A program made the translations under genes and the position numbers. Under the pieces are notes generated by a model, which made no database searches, was not told where the DNA came from, and worked only from the letters and a program-made list of their open reading frames with translations. From Oikopleura dioica (lineage: Eukaryota > Animalia > Chordata): 64,000 nt of DNA. Within the stretch, counting starts at the first letter, position 1. The number at the start of each line of letters is the position of its first letter. This document shows positions 21,676 through 33,025 of the stretch, piece by piece. The stretch covers positions 12,772,001 to 12,836,000 of the forward strand of contig OU015567.1 in assembly GCA_907165135.1 (NCBI GenBank). The letters are read 5' to 3'.

Positions 21676-22829
21676 ATGTTCGGAATCGTAAATCAGCTCA
21701 AATCGTTATCACTTCGCCCTGTGCGATCCTTGTCCGCTACAGTACCTGTTTCAAACCGCTTGGAAAAACGATGGACAGAAAGGCGAACAAAGCGTCGCCA
21801 ACTGACTAGATTGTGGAAACAGAATTCCGAATACTTCGAAGAAAAGTGGCATCAAAACTATTCGAAGGAAATCGACCGGAAAAAGGATTTTGTCGCCAGG
21901 TTTGATTTTCTTTAAAGCTAAAATTGAGCTGTTTTAGTATTTGGAAGTCGTATGGGTTAGAAAAGGAGCCAGAAAAACTATCAATCGAGGAGAAAGAGAA
22001 GCTCATAGAAAAGTACACTGAACAGGGGGTTTGGAACGCTCCTTTGACTTATCGAGAAGTTCTGCAGTATCAGACAACTTCGCCGACGAATAATACCAAA
22101 TATCAGAAACATAAGCCTACTCTTTGGAGAAAAAACTATCAAGGCAAGCTAATTCTCTCTTTTGTACAATTTTATTGAACTTCTTTATACAGGACTTCAT
22201 ACGGATATTCCTTTGGAACGAATGGTTAACCCTCTTACAGGCGAAAAGTTCACAAAAGAAGATCTCAATCAATATTACACGGAAGGAAAAGAGTGGGAGC
22301 TCGAGCAAAAGAAAAAGATCGGGGAACTCAATCACGAAAATAGACGACACAGCAAGGGATGGGTGAGCATGAGGGACTCAAGAGACTTTGATGGAATCGA
22401 AGTTGGTCGTTGGTTGCCGCTCAAATGGGCTTGTCATCCAAGTAGATGGAGACCTGTTCATAGACCAGCGAAGGGGCATGGAAAGACCGATATGAATCAT
22501 GTTCTTAGGTAGTCGTTTTCTCTTACCAACTTCTTTCAAAACTCTTTACAGAGGCTACTGGGAGTCGGACTTCCCAACCAACTGGAGATTCAATGTTATC
22601 AAGTCAACTGATGTCGATACTGCCTCTACTGGCCTCAACAAACCGGTAGGAATCATATTTTTTCAAAAACTATGAATGTTTTTAGCCAATTTATGATAAA
22701 GATTATGTTCACGGCTGGTCAAATCCCGAAAACTGGAGAAGACAAGCTCATGCTGGCTTTGAATTGAAACGTCGACAAATGCCTGTTAAAAAGACTGCTC
22801 ACTTGAAACGCTGGAAACAGGGTCGATAA
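21676..22829 (+). CDS. Putative mitochondrial-targeted protein (possibly a divergent mitoribosomal subunit)
   Basis: The N-terminus is Arg/Ser/Leu-rich and lacks acidic residues (MFGIVNQLKSLSLRPVRSLSAT), like a presequence. Several GT-AG introns join open exons to a stop at 22827-22829. KGHGK...WRFNVIK...TGLNKP weakly recalls mL41; this is not established. Confidence 0.55.
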
Positions 22830-22884
22830 ATTATTAAATAAACAATTAACAGTACGGAAAAAGCTGAAGTTTTCTATTTTTAGA

Positions 22885-23852
22885 ATGGATTTACCACCGC
22901 CACTAGAAAATGCGAGCGAAGTCGTCCGACAAATAAAATATAAAAAGACGCAAGCTCAGCAAGCCGCAGCTCAACAGACCACCAATTCAACTCTTTTGGA
23001 AGCGGAAACTAAAAAATTCGTTCCATCTCTCATCGCTAAAGAACTGCAGCCTACACCTACCGAAAAACCAAAAGAAAAACAAGAAGAAAAAACAGTCTCA
23101 AAGAAAACAGTCAAGAAAAAAGACAACGGGGGTTTTGCTGGTTTCAAATCAGGGTTTTTAATGTCCGGAAACGCGAAGAAAAAACCAACGCAAGCTAAAA
23201 AACCTCAGTCCTCCAAACCGGAAGTAATCAAGCCAAAAGAAAAGAAGCCAGACAATCCCCTCGTCATGAAAGATGTTCAAGAAGCGATGAATGAAGAATT
23301 CCAATCTGAAGAGTTTCTGAATTCATACAGTAAGTCACGCTCTGTAAAAAGGGAAAATGACGCGCTTTCCTTTTTCAGATAAAAACGAAAAGCTCCTGAA
23401 ACAAATGGCAAACCCAAAATTCGCACGAGCGATAGAGTTTATGGCCAAAGATCCTGAAGCAGCAAAGAAATATTACATGGATCATGACAGAAAATGGTTC
23501 GAAGAAGAGTTTATCAAGTTTTTCGGAGAGAATATGAACATGATGGGCGCTCATGCTGAGAAAGCTGCCAAACGGTAACCGAAACTTGTTGATAATTTTT
23601 ATTAAATATAATAGTGTAATTCCTCAAGCCCCCCTTTCAAAGGCAAAAACCAACGACGAGAAAAAAATGGAAGAAATCCTCAGTCGGCCAGCTGTCAAAG
23701 AAGCTCTCTCGAATCCAGCGGTACAAGAGGTCATTCACTTGCTAAAAACCGACCCAGCAACTGGAGCTAGAAAAGTTGCATCGCTCTCGAATCGCAGCAA
23801 AAAGGACATTCAAGTGCTCGTGGAAAATGGAATTCTAGCTACTCAAATGTAG
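22885..23852 (+). CDS. STI1/HOP-DP-repeat domain protein (putative co-chaperone)
   Basis: GGFAGFKSGFL motif, then two STI1-like helical repeats (LLKQMANPKFARAIEFMAKDPEAAKKY; ILSRPAVKEALSNPAVQEVIHLLKTDP...IQVLVENGIL). Three exons. Confidence 0.7.
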
Positions 23853-23956
23853 AAAAAACTAGTTCTCAAAACACTTTTTCGTGAAAAAGACTTCCTTTTG
23901 TATCTGCCAAAATATATTTTTGATAAAAAAACTCGTTAACTCAAAATTACTTTCAG

Positions 23957-26885
23957 ATGGGAGTTATCGGATTATGGCGAATTCTAGGGCCCGGGACTCC
24001 CATTGACCCAGCAGAGCTTCGGTAAGCAATAATTATAGGAATGGCTCTAGTTTTATTTCTAGTGGTCAATGCTTATCAGTTGATCTGTCAATTTGGCTCC
24101 ATCGGGCGGTCCATGGAACTCGTGGAACTTCCGATGCTAGCCGGCGAGTGCAAGCCCTCAGCTCGCTTTTCAAGCGAGTTTGTGCCCTTTTAGCTATGGG
24201 AAAGGTTAAAATTTCAAGGCGTCGTTAACTACAGTTACAGAAGCGCATGATTTAACCCTATATTCTGGCATCAAACCGATCTTCGTTTTTGACGGAGCTC
24301 CGCCGCAAATCAAGTCTGAAACTCAAAAACGCAGGCGGGAGCGACGAGCTCAAGCAGAAAAAGACAAAATAAGCGCTAGAAAGAACCTCATGTCAAATGT
24401 CCTCAAGATGCATGCGTTGAAAACTGTAACCGACGAAGTAGTCACTCAGAAAGACATTGACAAGGTGATGAAAAAACTAGAAGCAGCGAGAGACGAAGAC
24501 CCAGAGGACTTTGGCTTTGTCTCGTCGGATTACAAAAAACCGGAGATCGTGGAATCAAGTGAGAGTGAAAGCGAAGAAACCAACGAGTTTGAGGAGCAAG
24601 AGATGAGTGCTTTTCAGCTCTCTGTTCGAGATAATATCCTTGGTGAGCTGGTCGAAACTGGAAAAGTCGATACGAAATCAAAGGCGTTCCAAAATCTCCG
24701 ATACTCTGATCAGCTTGGAATTTTAGACGAAGTGCGCGACTCATTCAAGTTTGATCGAAGCTATTTAACGGGTTATATTCACGAGAAAAAGAAAAAGGAA
24801 CAATCTCAAAAGTCACAAGAAGAACAAGACAAGGAATTTTCACAGTACCAGCTTGATGGGCTTCTCTCAAGGAATAACATTCGAAAAGAAATAAGACGAG
24901 TGGAGGATGAGAGCAAAAAGAACAAGCTAAGAGACGTGATTGAAAATTCGCAGGGAAAGCTTCGACAAGCCGGTCGGAAGTATGCTCTTTTCGAACAAGA
25001 GGAAGAGGAGCCAAAAGAAAAGGTCGCCAAATCGATCTTCGATCTTGAAGATAAAAAAGAAGACAAAACTGGGACGCTTTCAGAAAGCTCTTCCGAAGAT
25101 GAATTTGTCTCTGACGACTCAGAATACGAAATGACTCCTGATGAAACGATAAAAGTGCCTTGCACGAGTAGGCAGAATATTCTAGGGCTAAACTCTTCTA
25201 CCGGCGACGTGGAGTCTTCCTCTACCTCGGACATCGTCGACATTGAAATTCCAGAGTCGATCCTAAAAATGGCCCGCCTCGCCGCTGAGAAACGCGAAGC
25301 TGCGGCAAAGATGGAGGCTGACTTCAAAAATAAGATCCTCGAGTCAAGTGACTCCAGCGATGTGCAATTTGTTCATGGCGGGAAAGTGAGAAAGAGCGCG
25401 GCTGATACTTTAAAAAGTGGTGATACGCCTCAGCTGCCTTTGTGTGCATTGAGAAAGTATTTGGAGGAGTCTGAGGATTTTGTTGAAGTAACAGAGGGCC
25501 ATAAAATCGAACAAATTGACGAAAAGAGTGAGCCTGAATCAGAAGATGTTTTTGTGAGGAAAGAGAGTTCAGCTTGGCAGAAAAAGTTTAGCCCAGAAGA
25601 AGATGAGAGCACTCTTTCAACTACAGAAACTTTTGATGAAGGCGAAGAAGCACCAAAAGATGAAATAAAGGAGAAAAAAGTAGAAAATCATTCACCGGAA
25701 CTTTTATCTGATGAGTCCGGAGAAGGGATCAAGGAAGAGAAGGAGCTTATCATTTCTGAAGAGTCAACTATGGAGTCTGATAATAACCAAACTGAGACCA
25801 AGGAAGAAACTGCACATGCTTATTTCAACGCATTTATGAATGAAGCTTGGGAACGAATTTTGAGTGAAACGGTGCAAGAAGAAACTGATTCATATGTTTC
25901 GGATGTGCTTGTCGAAGAATCCTATGAAATCGAAGTTATTGAGGAAACCTTTTCCTCTATTATTCGCAGTTTTATTGAGGACATTACGGCTTTATCGTTC
26001 GCAGACAAGATGAAATCTGAACAACCGCATCAAGAAGCGAAACTTACCGAGCGTATCGAGGACTTTACCGCTGCAAGCATTCTCGAAGAAAATGCAATCC
26101 AGATTCAAAAGCTTTCATCGGCTGTAAAGCTGACTGCCATCCCCAGCCAACAGCTTTATAAAGACGCCGCGGAAATGCTGACACTCTTCGGCTGCGGGGT
26201 TTTCTTTGCACCAGGAGAAGCAGAAGCTCAGTGTGCGGAGTTTGAGATGAATAGAATCACTCAGGTACTGATCCCGATCGAATATTTTTCTTATATTGTT
26301 AAGGGAACAATTACTGATGATGGTGATACTTTCTTGTTCGGTGGTAAAGTGGTAATAAAGGGCCTCACTCTTGGAAACATGGTCCCTATCAAATACGACA
26401 TAGACGAAACTGATTTTTCAAGAGAATACTTGATCGCTCTCGCCCAGCTAACAGGATCTGACTATTGTGGTGGCATAAAATCAGTCGGAAGCAAGACTGC
26501 TTTGAAAATTCTTGAGGAATTCGACGACCGACGATCAGACGATCCTCATCTCACGTTGAATACTTTCGGGAAATGGTGGAAAACTCATCACAAAAGCCTA
26601 ACTACTGGAACAAACGGAATTCCTCTTCGGTCGAAGCTGAAAAAGCTAAATATTGATGCGGACTTTCCTTCCGATAGATCCAGACATGCATATCTTTACC
26701 CGAATGTCGAAAAACTCAAAGATAAGAAAATCCGGTTCACAGTCCCAGATCTTGAAAGGATTCGACGCTATGCTTTGCGAAAACTCGAGTGGCAAGAAGA
26801 AATGATCGATCAACATATTATTCCATTACTGCCAGAAAAAGTTGAAAAGCGGAAAGATATCCGTTTTTACATGAACGCTAAATAA
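23957..26885 (+). CDS. ERCC5: XPG/Rad2 structure-specific endonuclease (nucleotide excision repair)
   Basis: XPG-N: MGVIGLWRIL, VDLSIWLH, GIKPIFVFDG. Long acidic spacer. XPG-I: APGEAEAQCA, GTITDDGDTFLFGG, LAQLTGSDYCGGIKSVG, FPS...AYLYP. The long spacer separates it from FEN1/EXO1/GEN1. Confidence 0.9.
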
Positions 26886-26938
26886 GAAGTTCAAAGTATT
26901 GTAAGTGATTTAATTGTTTCTCTTTAGATAAATGAAAG

Positions 26939-29462
26939 ATGGTTTTTATGACAGCGAAAATATTCCATGAGCTTTGCGAAAGAAGAGAGGACTTCAACAA
27001 TTTCTTTGGTGTCGCTCTCACTTATCAAAAACATAACAGTAAGCTCACCCTCAATTTATCTTTTCTACTATTTTTGAAGATGGATTTGCGGTTGAAGCCG
27101 TGCCAGTGCGTGGCCAGGCGACAGAGGAAAGTGTTGCAAAAGCAACTTCTTTTCTCGGCGCATTTGCTATGTACAACAGCGACAACGAATGCGATGTGAT
27201 TCCGTTTCCCTCAGTTTTGAAACCGCTTTTCAAAGATTGCCTCGGTGGCCATCTGCGAAATATCATAGAAATGGAGAACAATGTCCGTCTCGATCAGTTA
27301 GACTCTTCTTCTCACGATATCGCTATTTTCGGGGACGCTGATGGTCGACTGGAAGTGTTATCCCAGCTGCTTGAATTCAGTGAAGTCATCAATGGGAAAG
27401 CAGCGCCTCCTAACGAGCCCACTGATCACCACGTCCAAGAACAGCTTGAGATGATTTTTCGGGAAGTAAAAGAGCCGGATAGCAACAAACGACAGATTTA
27501 CGCACTTCCCTTTGGCGCGAAACGATTTCTATCGAGATATCTAAATTCAAAAAACATAAATTTCAAAAGAATTCGCGATGAAAATTCACAAGTTCGCGCA
27601 GCTCCAGTTCCTTCAGCCACGCCACCTAGAATCAGAAACGCATTTTTGTCTAATTTCAATCAAGAAGCAGCAATGCGCGCATCACAGCGAGCTCCGACAC
27701 CACCGGAAATAGTCAATCTCCTCGATGATTCCGAAGTTAGCCACCCCAGAGCACCTCCTGCTGAAGTCAACCCTGATCAAATGGGAGAGCGAATTTTTAA
27801 TGAACTACAGGAAATCAATCCCGACTGGGATTTGGAAGGAGCTCAAATGGAATGGCTCGTTTACGTAGAAGACTGCAAGGAACAAAATCGACCTGTAAAT
27901 TACAGGGAAGCGATGGAAAGAATCAAGAAAGTTGCAGCTCCACCAGCCGAGCCTGCTTTCGACACGTCAATTAACCAGGCAATTGGCCAACAAATCATCA
28001 GAGAGATTGAACAGCGACATAAGAACTGGAACATCGAAAAGGCCCAACTTGAGATGTTGAAAATCATAGAAGAGTGCAACGAGAAATCGATGAGGGTTGA
28101 TGTCAATGAAGCTCTTCGAAGAATTGAATTGGAGGCAAGCTTTGATTTGGAAGATTTGACGATTGAAGAGGATGATGAGCCGATGGAGAAGCTTGGAATT
28201 GAAGATGATGTCATCCAAGCTTGGTTTACTGAAAATTATGAAGGTGATTCTTTTGTTGTTGATCGGAAATACTAATTGGATTTCTAGACTCGAAGGCATA
28301 TAATATGAGCATTTACAAAAGCGATCTCTTCAAAGATTTCACATCGCATTTCGAGCTCTACTACTCCGGCGAAAACCACACTCGCCACTACCTCTCCTTC
28401 ATTGAAGTCATTCACAATTTTCTGAGCAAGAACAAGGCTCAATTCCCTAATGTGAAAACGAAGGGAAATACAGGCGTCAATGCCAAGAAGAGATTTCAGT
28501 ACCTACGAAGAAAAGGAACCGACAAGTACAAATTTTTCATTTTCGGCCTTTTTCATCATTTTTAGCGCGCTGCCAGTCGAAATTCCAAGTCCTCGGACAC
28601 AAGAAGACAGTATTCCAGGTTGGACAAATCTCGCTGCGGTGGTTAATCCCCGCATAGCTCCAATTTTAGTCGAGCAGAGCTTCCGATCTGTTCAAAAAGC
28701 GAAGAAAAACGAAGGTGATACCGACAGATACACACTGAAGTGCCCCTGGAATCCGCAATACAGCAATCTTTATCCAGGAGGAGAAGAAGGCGATCCAAGC
28801 TGTCGCCGGATCGTTATTGGTAAGAATAACCGCATTTCCTCTTTTCGAATTATCGGTCTAATTTAGATGGATCCAATATCGCCCGAAGCCACGGGAAAGT
28901 TGGCGAAATTAAACGACAGCACAAGGCAGAGATGTTTTCGATCATCGGAATCAAGATAACTGTCGAGCACTTTTGGAGTCTTGGCTGTCGCTCCGTTACT
29001 GTATTTCTCCCGCATAGTCGACAGGGAAATAAAGGAAGCCCGAAGATTCCAGAGAAGGAAAGAAAACTGCAGGAAGAGATGGAAAAGGAAGACATCATCA
29101 AATACACGCCGGGAAGATACCACAAGGGTACCAAGAAATTCATCCAGGCTTATGATGATAGGTTTTTTTCATTCAGCTGAGCAGAAAAGCTTATCTTCTT
29201 TTAGATATATTTTGGATATGGCAAAGGCGGAAGATGGAATCGTAGTCTCAAATGACCAGTATCGAGATTTGTACGATGAGTTCATGGACGTCATCAATTG
29301 GAGACTATTACCGTTCGTTTTCTTTTCCTCTATGGATGTCATAATTTCTCGTTTAGGTTCGTTATGACAGCAGACAGAATCATGATTCATGCGCAAGATC
29401 TTCCCTTCTCGGCGGAAAAACCACGCGTTACTCTCGAGCAGTTCATCCGAAAAAATAACTGA
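26939..29462 (+). CDS. KHNYN/N4BP1-like protein: N-terminal KH-like region plus C-terminal NYN (Regnase-type PIN) RNase domain
   Basis: The N-terminus (ERREDFNNFFGVAL...ATEESVAKATSFL...FPSVLKPLF...IAIFGDADG) resembles the N4BP1/KHNYN KH region. The C-terminus has RRIVID|GSNIARSHG, GIKITVEHFW, YDDR|YILDMA..DGIVVSNDQYRDL and RLLP|FV, the Regnase/NYN catalytic motifs. Confidence 0.82.
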
Positions 29463-29783
29463 TATTTTCCTGAGCCATAAAAATGGTCCGACCTTCTTTT
29501 GATTATTTGAGCCATAAGGTTGGTTCGGGTAATTATTATACCTGTTCATACACTTTCCTTTGCCGTGCGTGTGTTTTTGCAACTGATACAAAAGAAATTA
29601 TTGAAACAAACAAATACTACTAAAAATGAATATTTTATGCGCTGATTCTTGAAGTTCCATGTCTCCTTTCTTCTTCAGGACTAAACAGATATTACTTCTG
29701 ATTTATCACAAAAATTTGCCTCTTTGAAAACAAGAAAAATCAATCACCAATCACTTCAATTAACTCAGACATTGTGCTTTCAG

Positions 29784-31192
29784 ATGAAAGTGTTGTTTCT
29801 CCACCCAGATTTGGGGATAGGAGGCGCCGAAAGACTCGTTTGTGATGCCGGGCTTGCTCTGAAAAATAAGGGACACACAGTTTCTTTCGCCACAACTTAT
29901 CATGATCCGGGACATTGTTTCCCAGAAACAAGAAATGGAACATTTCCAGGTATCATCCGTTCTTCGCCCTTTTCTTACTTTTTAGTGACTGTGTTCTGCG
30001 ACTGGATGCCTCGGTCGATCTTCGGGAAATGCCGCGCTGCATGCATGTACATGCGGATGATATTCGCCGCTGTCTATCTTTGCCTCTTTTCTACTCAAGC
30101 AAAGGAAGCAGATGTAATATTCGTCGACCAAGTCTCTCATTGTGTTCCAATCTTGCGACTACTATCCAAGGCGAAGATCCTGTTCTACTGCCACTATCCG
30201 GATCAGCTCTTGTCGAAACCCGGCAGTGCGCTCAAAAGCTTGTACAGACTTCCAATGGATAAATTTGAAGAATATTCGACTGGCCAAGCTCACAAGGTAA
30301 AAACTTAACGGAGCAAAAAACTTCTTCATTTTAAGATTCTTGTCAACTCTTCATTCACTCTTCGAGTTTTTCGCGAAACATTCAAGTCTCTGAAAGATAT
30401 TCCAGTTGGAGTTCTATATCCAGGTAAACCTCGTTATTCTATTCCTTCAACTAAAACCATCCTTAGCGCTGCAAACAAAAGTCTTCGCCAAGAAAGCAAG
30501 AAAGCCCAACCGCTTCACAATCCCCTCTGACAAGCTTGTTATTTCATCAGTCAATCGTTATGAACGAAAAAAGGGGCTGATCATCGCATTTGAAGCGCTG
30601 GCACTTGTTAGAAAGCAGTTTCCGGAGACGAAAATTCATTTTATTCATGGAGGGGGATATGATCCTCAGAATGACGAAAATGTCGAGCATTTTGAAGAAC
30701 TTCAGGTTTGTTTCTGGCTATTCTCTGAGTTTTTATAATCGCTAGAAATCGGCTGGTAACCATGGATTCGTTGAAGGCCCAGAAGGCGACTATCAACTTC
30801 TTCGTGACTTGTCAAATGAAGACAAGCTTTTCCTTTTGCAAAAATCAAATGTAAACGTTTACACTCCAATCGGCGAGCATTTTGGAATTGTTCCTCTCGA
30901 AGCCATGGCTGCAGGAGTTCCTGTTATTGCCATGGCATCTGGTGGGCCACTTGAGACTGTGAAGGATGGGGAGACTGGTTTGCTTGTTCCTGAGCCTTTC
31001 GGAAAAATTGAAATGGCGAAGGTATGAGCAAATTATCCTAGCTGATAATTACTCTTTGTTTAGACGATTTCAAAGTTTATTGAAGAGTTCAACAAAACTG
31101 AAAGATCAAGAGTTTGCGCCCAACATGTCGCCGATAATTTCAGCTTCGAAGCATTCACGAGTCAGTTAGACTCGATTCTTACACAGCTTTGA
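29784..31192 (+). CDS. ALG2: Alpha-1,3/1,6-mannosyltransferase ALG2
   Basis: [100 protein letters not shown]. Confidence 0.96.
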
Positions 31193-31363
31193 AAAAGCAA
31201 CTGCTCTCGCAACTTGTTATCGAATCCTACCGTGCCTTGTTAGATTTTTTCTTAGACTACATTTTTAGCTTCTTCTTGCATGCAATTCATGCTTGTGCAA
31301 TATTTAAGGATATATTCTTATTGAAGAAAAATATAGTAAAAGAAGTTTTTCGTTTAGGTTTTT

Positions 31364-32501
31364 ATGAGCTGTGATGTGCGCGAATTCGGACTGTTTCATT
31401 TTTCTGTCGCAGCTGAGCGATACGAAGACCTATTAACCATCAATCAAGGGTACAAATTTACGATTCCATCTGATAATCCTGTGGATATATATTCCGTTGT
31501 TGATGAAGTTGCCGCGGCTCTTGCGAAAAAATGTCTTGACGAAGAATGCGTTGGGGATACAGTTCTTGTGGTCGTAGAAAATGATGCCGGAATCACATTC
31601 AAGCGCGAAGAGTGTCTTTCCAAGAAAAGCAGGGAAAAAGAGATCATTGGTGATGCGATAAAAGAACTGATAAGAATGGAGTTTATGTGGAAAAGACAGA
31701 AAATCAGCATTTTAAAAGTATCGCTCAAGTACAAAAAGGCGATGGAAATCAAGGAAGAGAACAAACACTTCGGGAGTACATTTTTCACGCACGAATGTTA
31801 CCAGGAAAATCGTGATCTTGCAATCATTGACGAAAAGGAACGTAGAGGAAAGGTCAACTGGGTGAAAGCGAAGACAGATAATTCACCCCTCAAAACCAAA
31901 GGAAGAAAATCGAAGAAGGAAATGATTAAGACTAAATCAATCACTGCTTTATTTGCAGAAAGTAAGGCGAAAAAGATAAAGAGAGAAACCAGCTGGAGCT
32001 CGATGAGATCAAACGAAGACAGTAATTCTAGAGAACCCCCTCTTATAGACATGACAAATGTCCCTGGAACTTCAAAGATGAATCTCTTTCTTCCGGAAGA
32101 AAACTCAAACTCAAGGGATTCTTTCGTGAGTTCGACTCCCTCCACTCCTGTCCCAACGACAAAGTTTCCAAAAGCAGCGCCACTTGTCCAAGAGTACCGA
32201 GATATCGATGAAAACAGCATGGATGCGTATTTGGAGAGCATAATATCTGATCCAAAAGAACGAGAGCTCATGAAAAAGTTCTCTGGGCTGAAAACAAAAC
32301 CGATTGTCAATCACGGTAATTTGTTTTTAACGGTTGCAAATTTTATAAAATTTTTCAGTTAAAAAAGAACCACCGAAAACGGCTGCAAAGTCCAAACGAG
32401 GCCGACCAAAGAAGACTCCTCCAAAGATAACGGGATCTGTTCAAAGCAGCGCAATTTTTCAAATGTTCAAAAAGAGCGAAGACAAGAAAAAATCAAAATA
32501 G
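31364..32501 (+). CDS. Orphan protein: isolated Y-family DNA polymerase little-finger-like domain, low-complexity middle, C-terminal AT-hook
   Basis: Residues ~25-125 (TINQGYKF...YSVVDEVAAALAKKCLDEECVGDTVLVVVENDAGITFKREECLS...KEIIGDAIKELIRMEF...ISILKVSL) follow the pattern of the Pol kappa/DinB IMS_C domain by eye. The second exon (after the intron at ~32317-32359) encodes KSKRGRPKKTPP...SAIFQMFKK. Confidence 0.6.
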
Positions 32502-33025
32502 TAACTGCCTCCTTCCAACTTTTCCATATTATCCATCTTCTCTATTTTTATTTGTAAATAAAGTAAACAGATACTAGCAGAGACTTGCAGCAAAAATCCA
32601 ATAAGTATTGTGGAAAAATCCCGTCTTATTGGTGGTTGTATTGCTATTGCGCGGATAGAGCAGGAAAATTGAAAAAATACTGCACTAGCATATAGCATCA
32701 GTAAGCAGGATGTTCTTTAGAAGTTCAGCATTTATAAATCGAGCCGGACTCGCTTTTCTAATCATTGCGAATAAATCTTGAGGTTCATCAAAAGAGTGAA
32801 ATATTTACAAATAAGAACGTCATTGACAACGGTCCAAAAAGAGCGCTGACCGCTGCCTTATAACAAATCCTGTTCCATCAATCGGCAAGAAACTCGACAA
32901 GGTTTGTTCGCGCGGCAAGATTACGAAATCTTGAGAGATCGGGCGTCCATGAAGCAGATATAAAATTTCCTTTTAGTGAAAGAACTTGGTTTCGATAACT
33001 CGATAAGAGATCCAAGCAACAATAA

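Noticed and set aside
24806-25327. 173-aa Ser-rich minus-strand ORF
   Set aside because: Mirror of the Glu/Asp-rich XPG spacer.
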